Positions 45,838-56,354 of a stretch of 64,000 nucleotides of DNA are shown piece after piece. Numbering within the stretch: the first letter of the stretch is position 1; every line of letters begins with the position of its first letter. This DNA is from an uncultured Porphyromonadaceae bacterium (GTDB taxonomy: Bacteria; Bacteroidota; Bacteroidia; Bacteroidales; UBA11471). The notes below the pieces were generated by a model, which had not been told where the DNA came from, ran no database searches, and saw only the letters and a list, made by a program, of their open reading frames with translations. Location of the stretch: assembly GCA_900547555.1 (NCBI GenBank), contig URHG01000006.1:7640-71639 (forward strand), in the 5' to 3' direction. The position numbers and the translations under genes are program-made.

Positions 45838-48621
45838 TCAATGGCGAGTTTTGCCCTGAGACGGTATTTTTACCTTGTAATGGTAATGCCCCGATCCTAC
45901 ATGTTTTATATTCCCGTCGGGGAAATGTATTTCTCCCGTTGTATTGGGCGGAACGACAATATCCCATTTTATCTGCCGGTGGTTGTTTATCCAGCGGCTT
46001 TGTACTTTTCCGTACGGAGTACGGTAAGAAACATTTATGCTGTCAAGGGCTTCTATCGTGAAATCGGGAGCGAAAACAATATGCTTGAAAGCTACTTTTT
46101 CCGAAGATGGAGCAATACCTCCCAACCGTTCGAAGCAGAAGGGGAGAAAGTCTCCTAAGAGCATGACATGATTTCCGCTGTTCATTTTGGGATTGGCGGT
46201 ATCTCCATTCCAAAGTTCCCAAATTGTCGTAGCCCCGTTTTTCACCATGTATCCATATCCCGGATAGCTCTCTTGCGAAGCCAGTAGATAGGCGAGATTG
46301 CCCCGTCCCATATCGCATAGTTGGCGGAACAACCATTGCATGCCGATGACTCCACAGCTTACATGTGCATTATGACTTGTGGTGGCGATGACTTGTTTCT
46401 CTACATCGTTTTTATAAGACTCCGGTACCATATCGAATGCCAGTGGCAATATATTGGCTGTTACGGTATTGTTCCCGTAATAAACTGAGTCGATATGGAG
46501 AGAAGTGGCCGTTGTCGGCGACGTGTCTTTTTTTACCACGAGGAATTCTTCATTGAATGCTTTTTTCAAAGCCTCGGAATGCATTTCATATTGGGCAGCA
46601 TCGTTTTCTAACCCTTGAAGTCGGGCGAAATGGGACATTGTTTGCAAAACCTTGTAGAAGTATGCTGTGGAAATGAGCTTTCCATCGGTTTTTCGGGCAG
46701 GATCTTGGCTGTGTATCATTTCAGGCGATTCGGGTGGTACGCACCAATCGCCGTATTTGTCTTTGCGTATGATTCCCGACTTGTCGGAATATTCTTCGGC
46801 GATATGTTTCACCCACTTTTGCATCGAGGGATAGTGTTGTCGTATAGGCTCGATATTACCGAATTGCGTATATATCATGTCGCAGGCAAAAATCAACGCA
46901 CTGGGCCAAGTTACATTGTCGCTGTAATAGTTCCAAAATGCCGGTGCCACATCGGGTATGCAACCGTCTTCGCGTTGGGCTTCACATATATCGCGTACCC
47001 ATTTGGTGTATAGACGTTCGGTATCGAAAAGATAGCTTTCTCCCCAGCATCCCATTGTGCGGTCACCCAGCCATGGTTGACGTTCGTTGCGTTGCGGACA
47101 GTCTACCGGCATACCTTTATAGTTGCCGAGAATACCCCACCAAGCATTTTTGAAGATCTGATTGAGTAGCTCATTTGATGAAGAGAAGTCTCCGATAACC
47201 TCCATTTCGTCGCTGATGACCTCGGCCGTGAAGCGGGAAGCCAGTTGCGATACATCGGAGAGTGGATACCCGCTCACTTCGACAAAGCGAAACCCGTGAT
47301 ATGAAAATATAGGAGCCCATGTTTTTCCTCGTTCTTTGCCGTTGCATATATAGACATCGGTCGAGAGAGCATCTCGGAAATTTTCTGTGTAGAGAGCCGT
47401 TCCATCATCGGTAAGCCGCTCGGCATAACGTACTTTTATCGTGTCGCCCTCTTTGCCCGTAATACTCATTTTTACCCAACCGGCCATGTTCTGACCGAAA
47501 TCGATGATAAAACCGTTGGCGTTTTTTATAATGTTTTTCGGTTTTATTTCCTTCCATACTTTCATGCCGGGCATCATGTGGCCACGCAGGGTGCCGGCGG
47601 GTATGCTTACCCGTTCGGCAGGCAGCCAAGTCGTATCGTCATATCCGGGTGAAGACCAATCTCCCAACTCTTTGCGAGCATCGTATATCTCTCCGTCGTA
47701 TTCGTTGTTACTGCGAATGGGACCGTCGGGGTTTATTTTCCAATCGGTATCGCTGTCTATGGTCTCACGCTTGCCATCGGTATATTCGATAATAAGATTC
47801 AAGCGCAGTTTGGGATAGCCGAAATTAGTAATTTTGTAAGGCTTGTAATTTTGTCGCATAGTATAGAATCGCCCATTGCCCAATACGACTCCTATGGCGT
47901 TTTCTTTTTGTAAAAGGTCGGTTACGTCGTAGGTGTTGTATAGAATGGTTTTACGGTAATCGGTCGGAGCAGGAGTAAGTACTTCTTCGCCCACTTTCTT
48001 ACCGTTGATATACAGTTCGTTCAGACCCAAACCCGAGATAAAAGCAGTAGCTCGTTTCACGGTTTTAGCGGTTTTGAATTCGGTACGCAAATATCTGGCC
48101 GAAAGTTTGCTGTGCAATGATTCTTCGTCCCACGGCATGGCTCGATCGAGTCCTATCCAACGACCTCTCCAACGGTTTTCCGATAATAACCCTGTTGAGA
48201 AACGAGCTATACGGCTCCATGAGGTTTGGTATTGTTTCCCTTTTCCGTATGAAGCCGTTATTTGTACTTTCCAATATGCATGGCGATTACTGCCGAGTGG
48301 TTTTCCCCGGTATGGAATCCATAAGGAACTGTCGCTTTTTATAATACCCGAATCCCATAAATCTCCTTCTTCCGAGGCGAGTTTGGAACTGTCGCTTGCC
48401 ACTAAGATTCGATAGGAGAGTTGTACGACGTTGTATTCCGACGATTGTAGCTGCCAGCTGAATCGAGGAGTTTCCGTATGGATACCCAACGGATCGGTCA
48501 TACCTTCGGTACGTAATTCCGACACGGATACAATCTCCTTTTTTGATTGCGATTGTAGTACCTGAGGTGAAAGGTATAATGACAAGCAAATGCCGATAAG
48601 TAGAAAAATGTGTTTTTGCAT
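45838..48621 (-). CDS. alpha-L-rhamnosidase (GH78)
   Basis: 927 aa with a signal peptide. The N-terminus LRTEGMTDPLGIHTETPRFSWQL is typical of GH78, followed by a six-hairpin catalytic region. Confidence 0.85.
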   Translation of the reverse strand: MQKHIFLLIGICLSLYLSPQVLQSQSKKEIVSVSELRTEGMTDPLGIHTETPRFSWQLQSSEYNVVQLSYRILVASDSSKLASEEGDLWDSGIIKSDSSLWIPYRGKPLGSNRHAYWKVQITASYGKGKQYQTSWSRIARFSTGLLSENRWRGRWIGLDRAMPWDEESLHSKLSARYLRTEFKTAKTVKRATAFISGLGLNELYINGKKVGEEVLTPAPTDYRKTILYNTYDVTDLLQKENAIGVVLGNGRFYTMRQNYKPYKITNFGYPKLRLNLIIEYTDGKRETIDSDTDWKINPDGPIRSNNEYDGEIYDARKELGDWSSPGYDDTTWLPAERVSIPAGTLRGHMMPGMKVWKEIKPKNIIKNANGFIIDFGQNMAGWVKMSITGKEGDTIKVRYAERLTDDGTALYTENFRDALSTDVYICNGKERGKTWAPIFSYHGFRFVEVSGYPLSDVSQLASRFTAEVISDEMEVIGDFSSSNELLNQIFKNAWWGILGNYKGMPVDCPQRNERQPWLGDRTMGCWGESYLFDTERLYTKWVRDICEAQREDGCIPDVAPAFWNYYSDNVTWPSALIFACDMIYTQFGNIEPIRQHYPSMQKWVKHIAEEYSDKSGIIRKDKYGDWCVPPESPEMIHSQDPARKTDGKLISTAYFYKVLQTMSHFARLQGLENDAAQYEMHSEALKKAFNEEFLVVKKDTSPTTATSLHIDSVYYGNNTVTANILPLAFDMVPESYKNDVEKQVIATTSHNAHVSCGVIGMQWLFRQLCDMGRGNLAYLLASQESYPGYGYMVKNGATTIWELWNGDTANPKMNSGNHVMLLGDFLPFCFERLGGIAPSSEKVAFKHIVFAPDFTIEALDSINVSYRTPYGKVQSRWINNHRQIKWDIVVPPNTTGEIHFPDGNIKHVGSGHYHYKVKIPSQGKTRH

Positions 48622-48633
48622 GGTATAAAGGTA

Positions 48634-50094
48634 TCATCGGGTTTTACTGAATTGTGCGTCGGGTAAGGAGGCCCATTCGGGCGATACATACGCCTGTGTG
48701 GCATCGGTTACGATGAGAACGCAGTCATTGCTCGAAGAATTTTGCACGGTCGGAGTGAATCTTACGATTTTATTGGCAAATTCCCCGATGTAACGCACTT
48801 CTCCGTTCGACGGATTATACCACCACGCTTTTTTCTTTTTGCCTTTTATTTTTGTCAAGTCGATATTCATTGCGCGTCCGGTATAATTATACACCAGCAG
48901 ATAATCGTTTCCGCGAGTAGCGATGAGGCGGTCGTATTTCTCTCCGTTTTTTCCGGCTATGATACTTTGGTCGGGAATGCGCTCGAAAACAGGGAATGTC
49001 AACATCAGATTTTTGAGATATTTCATTTGATTGAATCCGGGGTCGTTGAGGGCCTCATACCAGGGTGTATGTGCACCGTACGCACCTCCTGTGCCGGGAC
49101 GATAGAATTGCATGATGTCGTTGTGCCCGTAAGTGTGTCCGAAAGCTCCTGCGAAAACCGACCAATAAGCATAACGTCGGCAATCGAAATCTCGCCATAA
49201 AGGTTCTTTGGGGTCGTGCAATCCTTGCGGTATTTTTTCATAAGAAGGTTCGCCGTCGAGAACCGGTTTCATGGGAGTTTTTGCCAAAGAACGCTCTACA
49301 TAACGCCAGTTGTCCTCTTCGGTGTTTTCGGGGATAGGATAGTTCTTATCGTCGCCACGTTGCCCATAGCGCCGGTGTCCGCTCTGGAACATGTTGAAGT
49401 CGAGCCATTCGGCATCGTTGTAATAATCGGCCGACGTCGTTCTTCCCCGGGGGTGAAAGGTCATAAGGTGGTTGGGGTCGTTGGCTTTTATGGCCCGGGC
49501 CAAAGCGTGCCATACTTCTGGTTTTACATCGCCCTGAATATCTCCGCCGATGATCCAGATGATATTGGGCGAATTTTTGTACCGGTCGGCTAAAAATTTC
49601 CCGTAAGCTTGCGCTTCTTCAACTGTCATGAGGCCCGATTTTACCAAACCGCCCCATATACACACCATACCGATGTATATACCGTTTCTTTCAGCGGTTT
49701 TTATGATAAAATCCATGTGGTCCCAATAACCGTACACTCCTTTTTTATTTATTTCGGAGAAATCGTATCCGTCGGGGTGGGACATTTGTCCGTATACATT
49801 GTATGCCGGTACACCGTTGACGGTTTGAACCTGTACCACATTATATCCGGCAGCTTGGCAACGGCTCAGATAATATCCTGCTTCATCTCGTGTCAGGCGT
49901 TCGGGTAGCAGCCAGCCGGTATCACCCAGCCAAAAAAAGGGTTTCCCGTTTTCATGTTTCAAGTAACGGTGTTCTTCCGAGACACACAATTTCCCGTTTT
50001 TCCAGGGGATATAAGTCGGAGATTTTGCAGCATATATACTGCCGATGGCCAGAAACCCGATAAGGGTCGTTAAAATCGTTTTTTTCATAAGCAT
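48634..50094 (-). CDS. DUF4038/GH140-like glycoside hydrolase (apiosidase family) with C-terminal collagenase-like binding domain
   Basis: 486 aa (an alternative ATG at 50088 gives MKKTIL). ENGKPFFWLGDTGW...YNVVQVQ... TIM-barrel pattern is characteristic of DUF4038. Confidence 0.7.
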   Translation of the reverse strand: MLMKKTILTTLIGFLAIGSIYAAKSPTYIPWKNGKLCVSEEHRYLKHENGKPFFWLGDTGWLLPERLTRDEAGYYLSRCQAAGYNVVQVQTVNGVPAYNVYGQMSHPDGYDFSEINKKGVYGYWDHMDFIIKTAERNGIYIGMVCIWGGLVKSGLMTVEEAQAYGKFLADRYKNSPNIIWIIGGDIQGDVKPEVWHALARAIKANDPNHLMTFHPRGRTTSADYYNDAEWLDFNMFQSGHRRYGQRGDDKNYPIPENTEEDNWRYVERSLAKTPMKPVLDGEPSYEKIPQGLHDPKEPLWRDFDCRRYAYWSVFAGAFGHTYGHNDIMQFYRPGTGGAYGAHTPWYEALNDPGFNQMKYLKNLMLTFPVFERIPDQSIIAGKNGEKYDRLIATRGNDYLLVYNYTGRAMNIDLTKIKGKKKKAWWYNPSNGEVRYIGEFANKIVRFTPTVQNSSSNDCVLIVTDATQAYVSPEWASLPDAQFSKTR

Positions 50095-50099
50095 ATATT

Positions 50100-53000
50100 T
50101 TATTTATTGTTTGTCGAAGGTAGGGTGCAGGATAGAGGCCCCAGTGTGGGACGATATCCGATCAGTTTTCCGTCGATCCAGACGAATAAGCCTTTGCCTT
50201 GTCGGTAACGGTCGCCTTTTTTGTCCCAGGCAATAGTAAGATTTCGTCCGTGATAAAGTACGTTGTCGAGGCAGAAATAGTCCCATGTATCATCGGGTAA
50301 TAACGGGTTTATTTCAAAAGTATCTCCTGCACGCGGACGTAATCCGACAAGTCCGGAAATAATTAGATCATTGAATGTGGAATGATTGTAATACCGGCTG
50401 CGTTCTTGTTCGCCTTTGAGCCAGTATCCGGTAACCTCATCGAGGTATTCTCCGATATAAGGACGTCCGTGGAAATAGTGCGATAGTACATATAATTTCA
50501 GTTGTCCGAACCAAATGCTGTCGTTTACGAATTCATTATTTCCGTTTGCATTTAAGTAATTGGCAAGGGCCGTGAGGGTTTGTGATGTCGCAAAAGGCCA
50601 AATCGGGCCGTTCCATTCGCAACTGGCTTTGAAAACGGCTCGGAACTGGGGATGACGACGTTCTGCCGTCGTCAGTCCGAAAGGGGCGGAGAATCCTTTC
50701 GGATCGCTGATTTGTAACCATGCCGAGTCGAATTTTCCTTGTGTCGGCAGATTGAAATACCACGGGGTATATCCGATGGCTTCCCGTACATTGGCGAGAG
50801 TATCTTCCCGGCGTGTTTCAAAGAAATTGTCGCTTTCGTTCCATAGATATTTCTCCACAAGGTATTTCAATGTGTCGGCCTTGTTTTTATAAAGAAGGCT
50901 GTCGGCATCATCTGCTTGTCGGCAGGCCTGAGAAATGGCCGTGGCATTGCCGTACATATAAGAAGAAATAGTAGGTCGAGCATATTGTTTTTTCCGACCC
51001 CCGCTTATGCTCTCTTCCATAGCGTCTTGCACGTCGCTTTGCCAGTAAAGACCGTTCGGCAGACGGTGAGTCTTTTCCCATCGGGAATATTCCCGTTTCA
51101 TATCGGGAAGCAAATCCGCAAGAAAAGCGGAGTCGTCGGTAACAAGCCGGCTGTTATATACGGCATACGGTGTCCAAGAACTGTACCGATCCATGCGTTC
51201 CATCGGTTTCCCATCATTACCCCGATACCATGTATAGACGATTTGGCGTAGATAGCTGGTGTCTCTCAACCATCGGCATTCGTGTATGTGATGACCCAAT
51301 GCACTCGATATGAGATTGTATTTGTCGGCATAAGAACGCTGTACGAGAAATTCGGTCATGGCATAACCTACCGGTGTATTTTTGATATGTTTTCGCAAGG
51401 TCCACCACCGGTAATAATAAATTTCTTCGATGTTCCGATCCGGACAATCGAATAACGGAATATTTGTTTCGAGCCAGTCGGCCGATCGGTCGTTGGGTAT
51501 GGCCTGTACAATGTTCTCGTCTTCCATACGGTTGAAGTAGTCGATGTAGTGCCGATAGTCGTCGAAATCCAAAAGATTTGCCGTACGGTCACCCGATGTT
51601 CGGAGTCTAGCTATACGGTAGGTTGCCGGTGTTTCTTCTCGACCGGCATTTTCGAGATCGAAATATTGATCGGCCGGAGTGTCGGGGGTCGGTATCGAAT
51701 TGACGGAGCCGGTACGGAATATAATGCGTTCGATTCCCGGTACAGGAGCGAAGAACATACGTGTCGTCTTTTTCTTACCGTTGATATATACGGTATAATT
51801 GCGGTTTTCGACCGATAGTTCGACATCGATATGGTAGATTTCTTCGGGAACGTATTTCCCCATTTGGGAATAACGGGCACCTCCTTTGGCGCGTATGATA
51901 TTGTCGGTAAACTCTATTCTGGCACAGGGAATACCTTTGGCATCGGCAAAGTCGATTTGTAAGTTTCCATGCCCTGTTTGTTCGGCCATTATATCGAACG
52001 AAACTTTCAGTATTCGGCTTTCCGGTATTTTCCGTTCGACCCAAGCGAAAGAGAACGGATCTTTGTCGGTGATTGTGAGCCAGCGTATTCCTTTTTTATT
52101 TTCGAGAGTAACCGGTGTGGCTATTCCTGTATAGAGATTCCATTCCCGCAAGTCGCACAGTTGTGTCGCATGGCTTATGTCGTCCTGCACGTATTCGGTA
52201 ACTTTTTGACGCACCGGAACGGGAATATGGCTTACCCATATATCTTCTTTCCCAACGCTGTACGATACCCACAAATCTCCGTCGGGGGGCGTCCCGTTAC
52301 CCGGTTGGATACCTCGTGCATATTGCGGCCCGAAACTTTTGTAATTACCGCCGTAACGCATCGGAGGAACAATCCCGTGTATGAGATTCAATGTCGTGTA
52401 CTCCAACCCGTCGTTACTTAACGAAATGGCTAACGGCCATCGGTATTCGGCCGGATTGTATACGGTTGCATAAGTGTCGTCGCTCAATTTTTGCCCCCAG
52501 ATTTTGGCGTTGCTGTTGACAAATCCTTTGGCTCGCTCTACGGGTTTTTCCCAAGTATTGCCTCCGTCATTACTGATAGAGGTGAGTGCATGTTTCCATA
52601 ATCCGACGATACGGTTATCGGGCAAATAATAGTAACAGAAAGCTTTATAAGGTTTGTTGAGCGGGAGCATAGGGTCATTGCGGTCGGCCTCTTCAACCAT
52701 TTGCATGCGATAGAGTGGGTTATCCATCATTTCCCGACAGGCTTTTACAAAACCTTTGTCGCGCGCACGGGTATAGAAAGGGTAGTCGGTATTCTTTTCA
52801 TTGAAATCGTGATTGTAATAGACAAAATAAATAGGGCCGAACGTACCGTCTTTTTTTATTTCTCTCACAACGCGGCCTATACCGTTTCCGTCGTTGGGAT
52901 CGTCTTTTCTGTCGAGGGCAATACCGTAATTGCCGGTGGCCAATAACCGTCCGTTCGATGCTACGTAAAAGCCTACACGCTGGTGCATGATGGCTGTAAG

Positions 53001-53426
53001 ATTGTGGGCGGTATCAGTCCGTCCCTTTTTGGTAAAACCTTCGGGCACTTTATATTCCGGAAACAAAATTTCGGGAGAACTCCAATGATACCCGTCGGTC
53101 GAAGTCATGAGCACCGTGCGCGACGGAGGAATGTGTTCGTCGGTACTGTCGCAGAGAAAATGAAGATAGAATTTCCCGTTCCAGTAACACATCATGGGTT
53201 GGTGGTTGTAAGTCCACCCGAAATTGTAAGTTGCTGTAATACTGTCGCGATTGGCCCGTAACAATTGTATGTTGTGGACACCGACGGCGGGAGAGAGTTG
53301 TCCGTCATGACGATATGGATTGGAAAGTTCTGATCCTGTATAACAAACTTTGTCTTGTGCCGAAATAAAAGCGACAGACGCAAGTAGAAAGACCGTTATC
53401 AGCAGAGTGGGAACGGAGTGCTTCAT
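50100..53426 (-). CDS. two-domain glycoside hydrolase: N-terminal sialidase-like beta-propeller + C-terminal (alpha/alpha)6-type domain (GH143/GH142-like, tentative)
   Basis: ORF 50100..53444 starts at TTG. ATG 53426 gives signal peptide MKHSVPTLLITVFLLASVAFISAQ. Asp-box-like motifs are STDGYHW, SNDGGNTW and SNDGLEY. The C-terminal about 500 aa are W/Y-rich and helical. Confidence 0.6.
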   Translation of the reverse strand: MKHSVPTLLITVFLLASVAFISAQDKVCYTGSELSNPYRHDGQLSPAVGVHNIQLLRANRDSITATYNFGWTYNHQPMMCYWNGKFYLHFLCDSTDEHIPPSRTVLMTSTDGYHWSSPEILFPEYKVPEGFTKKGRTDTAHNLTAIMHQRVGFYVASNGRLLATGNYGIALDRKDDPNDGNGIGRVVREIKKDGTFGPIYFVYYNHDFNEKNTDYPFYTRARDKGFVKACREMMDNPLYRMQMVEEADRNDPMLPLNKPYKAFCYYYLPDNRIVGLWKHALTSISNDGGNTWEKPVERAKGFVNSNAKIWGQKLSDDTYATVYNPAEYRWPLAISLSNDGLEYTTLNLIHGIVPPMRYGGNYKSFGPQYARGIQPGNGTPPDGDLWVSYSVGKEDIWVSHIPVPVRQKVTEYVQDDISHATQLCDLREWNLYTGIATPVTLENKKGIRWLTITDKDPFSFAWVERKIPESRILKVSFDIMAEQTGHGNLQIDFADAKGIPCARIEFTDNIIRAKGGARYSQMGKYVPEEIYHIDVELSVENRNYTVYINGKKKTTRMFFAPVPGIERIIFRTGSVNSIPTPDTPADQYFDLENAGREETPATYRIARLRTSGDRTANLLDFDDYRHYIDYFNRMEDENIVQAIPNDRSADWLETNIPLFDCPDRNIEEIYYYRWWTLRKHIKNTPVGYAMTEFLVQRSYADKYNLISSALGHHIHECRWLRDTSYLRQIVYTWYRGNDGKPMERMDRYSSWTPYAVYNSRLVTDDSAFLADLLPDMKREYSRWEKTHRLPNGLYWQSDVQDAMEESISGGRKKQYARPTISSYMYGNATAISQACRQADDADSLLYKNKADTLKYLVEKYLWNESDNFFETRREDTLANVREAIGYTPWYFNLPTQGKFDSAWLQISDPKGFSAPFGLTTAERRHPQFRAVFKASCEWNGPIWPFATSQTLTALANYLNANGNNEFVNDSIWFGQLKLYVLSHYFHGRPYIGEYLDEVTGYWLKGEQERSRYYNHSTFNDLIISGLVGLRPRAGDTFEINPLLPDDTWDYFCLDNVLYHGRNLTIAWDKKGDRYRQGKGLFVWIDGKLIGYRPTLGPLSCTLPSTNNK

Positions 53427-53550
53427 GGTACATATTTTTAGCAAGGTAAAGATATTTAGAAAATTTTCCTTTTCAAACGATTAAAATATAAAACTGTATC
53501 GAGTTTATTTTTTTTATCATTTAAGTGTAATATTTGTTCCTCGTAACAGT

Positions 53551-53589
53551 CAAAAAATAAAAGAGAATGCCAACACGGCATTCTCTTTT
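53551..53589 (-). terminator. intrinsic terminator downstream of nfo
   Basis: Minus strand has a 13-bp perfect stem AAAAGAGAATGCC/GGCATTCTCTTTT with a 5-nt loop, followed by ATTTTTTG. Confidence 0.8.
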
Positions 53590-53629
53590 ATTCCATTTAA
53601 TAGAAAGGTCTATTTAAGGAGTAAATCTC

Positions 53630-54472
53630 TTATCGGACAAGACTTTTCAGCCATGCGATTTCTTCCGGCCATCGGCTTTCGTCGGGCGTTTCGAGAATGA
53701 GAGGTATGCCGTCGAAGCGGCTGTCTGCCATGATCCGCTCGAACAATCCGCTGCCTAACGCTCCTTCCCGAAGTACTTCATGGCGGTCGACATGGGAGTC
53801 CAATCCCTTTTTGGAGTCGTTTATATGCATGCCTCGAAGGTATTTCAAGCCGACGATGGCATCGAGTTGCTCAAACGTTTCTGAAAAACCTTCCGGAGTA
53901 ATCAGGTTGTATCCACCGGCCAGTGCATGGCACGTGTCGATACAGATTCCGATACGGCTTTTATCTTCTACTTTGTCGATGATATGAGCCAGATGCTCGA
54001 ATCTGAATCCTACGTTAGAACCTTGTCCGGCCGTATTTTCGATGACGGCAGTAACCCCATGTGTCTTATCGAGAGTGATGTTTATCGATTCGGCTATCCG
54101 GTCGAGACATGCGTCGACCGATATTTCTTTCAGATGGGAACCGGGGTGGAAGTTGAGCAAGGTCAAACCCAATTGCTCGCATCGCTGCATTTCATCGAGA
54201 AAGGCAGCTCTTGATTTTTCAAGCCCTTCGGTCTGCGGGTGTCCCAGATTAATAAGATAGCTGTCGTGCGGTAGAATTTGTTGTGCGGTATAGCCGTAAG
54301 TTTGGCGACGTTCTTTGAACAAGGCTATGCTTTTGGTCGATAACGGGGCTGATACCCATTGTCGCTGATTTTTTGTAAAAAGAGCAAAAGCGGTTGCTCC
54401 TATGTTGTGTGCATTCTCGGGTGCGTTTTCTACGCCACCCGATGCACTTACGTGTGCACCAATGTATTTCAT
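53630..54472 (-). CDS. nfo: endonuclease IV (AP endonuclease)
   Basis: 280 aa. [13 protein letters not shown]...[11 protein letters not shown]...[14 protein letters not shown]...LNFHPGSH...[11 protein letters not shown]...CIDTCHA...[13 protein letters not shown] is collinear with, and very similar to, E. coli Nfo as I remember it. Confidence 0.95.
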   Translation of the reverse strand: MKYIGAHVSASGGVENAPENAHNIGATAFALFTKNQRQWVSAPLSTKSIALFKERRQTYGYTAQQILPHDSYLINLGHPQTEGLEKSRAAFLDEMQRCEQLGLTLLNFHPGSHLKEISVDACLDRIAESINITLDKTHGVTAVIENTAGQGSNVGFRFEHLAHIIDKVEDKSRIGICIDTCHALAGGYNLITPEGFSETFEQLDAIVGLKYLRGMHINDSKKGLDSHVDRHEVLREGALGSGLFERIMADSRFDGIPLILETPDESRWPEEIAWLKSLVR

Positions 54473-54483
54473 AATGATAAAAG

Positions 54484-56064
54484 TTATTGGAATATAAAAT
54501 CGTATAATTCGCAGAGCGATTGGCCTTCCACATCTGAGGTGAATAACATGTAGAGAGCATGTTTCCCTTTCAATCCTCTTACTCCCGAGAGTGGGGCGGT
54601 GTGTTCACTCACTGTACCGTCGGATGTGGAGTCGAGTTTCAATCGACCTATCTCTTTACCTCCCCGGCTTTTCCACGGACTGTCAATCATGAAAATGATT
54701 TCCCCGTCTATGCCTGTCGATTTCAGTCGCAGACATAATTCGGCTTTTTTGCGGCGCCCCAATAGGTCGAAATTGAAATATTTATACCCGATGATGGAGC
54801 CGTTTGTGTTGTTGACGACCGGTGCATGAAAGGCATTCCGGCTGTAAGAGGCGTCGAGGCCATCATCTCCCGCATAAGTCGCTTTGACATAAGATCCGCT
54901 GTGTATGTAGTTGGGGTATTTCTTGATAATAGGAGTGGGCCCGGTATAGTAGCAGACAATACCGGCCGGTTGGCGTTCAAAAGGATTCAGTCCTTCGGAA
55001 CAAAAGCCTTCGGAGGTGTATTCGGCCTCGGAAATTTCTACTTTGTCTTTTTTTACGTTAACGGTAACCGGTGCGACCATGGCCTGACGCGAAAATTCAT
55101 TCGTCCCTATTTGCCGGTGATAGAAGACATACCATTGCCCGTTTATCTCGGCCAGACTACCGTGGGTATTCCCTCCCGAGTTGGCCGTAGGAATGACTTT
55201 GCCTTGTTCGTCATATCCGCGAGCACGGCCATCGATAAGAGTTCCACCGTAAGTGAACGGCCCTAACGGACTGTCGCTGTAAGCGTAAGCCAATGTATAG
55301 TTGGTGGAAGGAAGCGAAAATTCACCATCTTTGGTAACCCGGCTATATATGAATACATATTTCCCGTTGATTTTCCGCATCGAGGAGGCCTCGAAAAATC
55401 GGAATTCGCCTTCTTGTTTACAGCCCGAAATCATATCTTCTACAATGTGTGTACCGGGTTTTACGGTACACATGGTCGTAGGGTCGAGTTCGGCGCCGAA
55501 AGAGCGATTGAATCCCCAATAACCATATACCCGGCCGTCATCATCGCAAAAAATAGCAGGGTCGAACCCGAATATTCCGTAAGTAGTACGGCCGTCGTCA
55601 TTCCAATTGCATACCTCAAAAGGACCGTCGGGACGATAGGATTTGGCTATCATGTTTTGTCTGCCGTCGACTTGGTTGTTGGGACATAAATAATATACTT
55701 TACGGCCATTTTCGATACATTCCATTACATCGGGTGCATACAATACATCGGCCAAAGTATCGGGTGTGAAAGGTTGTCCGTCTCGGGTGAATTCCGATTT
55801 GAAAATCACACCGTCGTATCGCCATTCACGTAAATTGTCGACCGAGGCCGACCATACGACTTGGTCGCGTCCGCAATAGTGCGTGCGCAGATTATCGTGC
55901 GAACCGTAGATATATACACGGAAAGAGCCGGGCTTGTCGGGATCCTCAAATACATACGGTTCTCCGTCGGGAATATGTTCCCACAAAGGAAGAAACGGAT
56001 TTTGTGCATTGGCACATATACCGCCGACAACAAATACGACAATAAAGCTAAATAATTTCTTCAT
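54484..56064 (-). CDS. glycoside hydrolase family 43 with C-terminal beta-sandwich (CBM-like) domain
   Basis: 526 aa with a signal peptide. The N-terminus [22 protein letters not shown]...YIYGSHD is typical of GH43 five-bladed propellers. Confidence 0.8.
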   Translation of the reverse strand: MKKLFSFIVVFVVGGICANAQNPFLPLWEHIPDGEPYVFEDPDKPGSFRVYIYGSHDNLRTHYCGRDQVVWSASVDNLREWRYDGVIFKSEFTRDGQPFTPDTLADVLYAPDVMECIENGRKVYYLCPNNQVDGRQNMIAKSYRPDGPFEVCNWNDDGRTTYGIFGFDPAIFCDDDGRVYGYWGFNRSFGAELDPTTMCTVKPGTHIVEDMISGCKQEGEFRFFEASSMRKINGKYVFIYSRVTKDGEFSLPSTNYTLAYAYSDSPLGPFTYGGTLIDGRARGYDEQGKVIPTANSGGNTHGSLAEINGQWYVFYHRQIGTNEFSRQAMVAPVTVNVKKDKVEISEAEYTSEGFCSEGLNPFERQPAGIVCYYTGPTPIIKKYPNYIHSGSYVKATYAGDDGLDASYSRNAFHAPVVNNTNGSIIGYKYFNFDLLGRRKKAELCLRLKSTGIDGEIIFMIDSPWKSRGGKEIGRLKLDSTSDGTVSEHTAPLSGVRGLKGKHALYMLFTSDVEGQSLCELYDFIFQ

Positions 56065-56321
56065 GTTGTGATAACTGTTTTGGGCCGAAAATTTTTCATA
56101 AAGATATTGAATATATTGGTTCGAGACAAATTAAGAAACAATTCTTTTCAAATGATAACCGATGATAAAATGTGGAATGGATATTTGTTTCTTGTTATTA
56201 GGATTTTCATATATCCGATTGCGCAAAGAGACGGTGCTCTCTTGTTGGCGTGATAATGAGTCGGTAAGGGTGGGTTAGATAAAAAACGACTGATTTTATT
56301 TTATACTGTCTTTCCTTTCGC

Positions 56322-56329
56322 TATATTTG
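56322..56329 (+). promoter_or_regulatory. candidate -7 element TATATTTG
   Basis: 26 nt upstream of ATG 56355. Confidence 0.45.
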
Positions 56330-56354
56330 TCTGTCGGAAATCAGTGATGGTATT

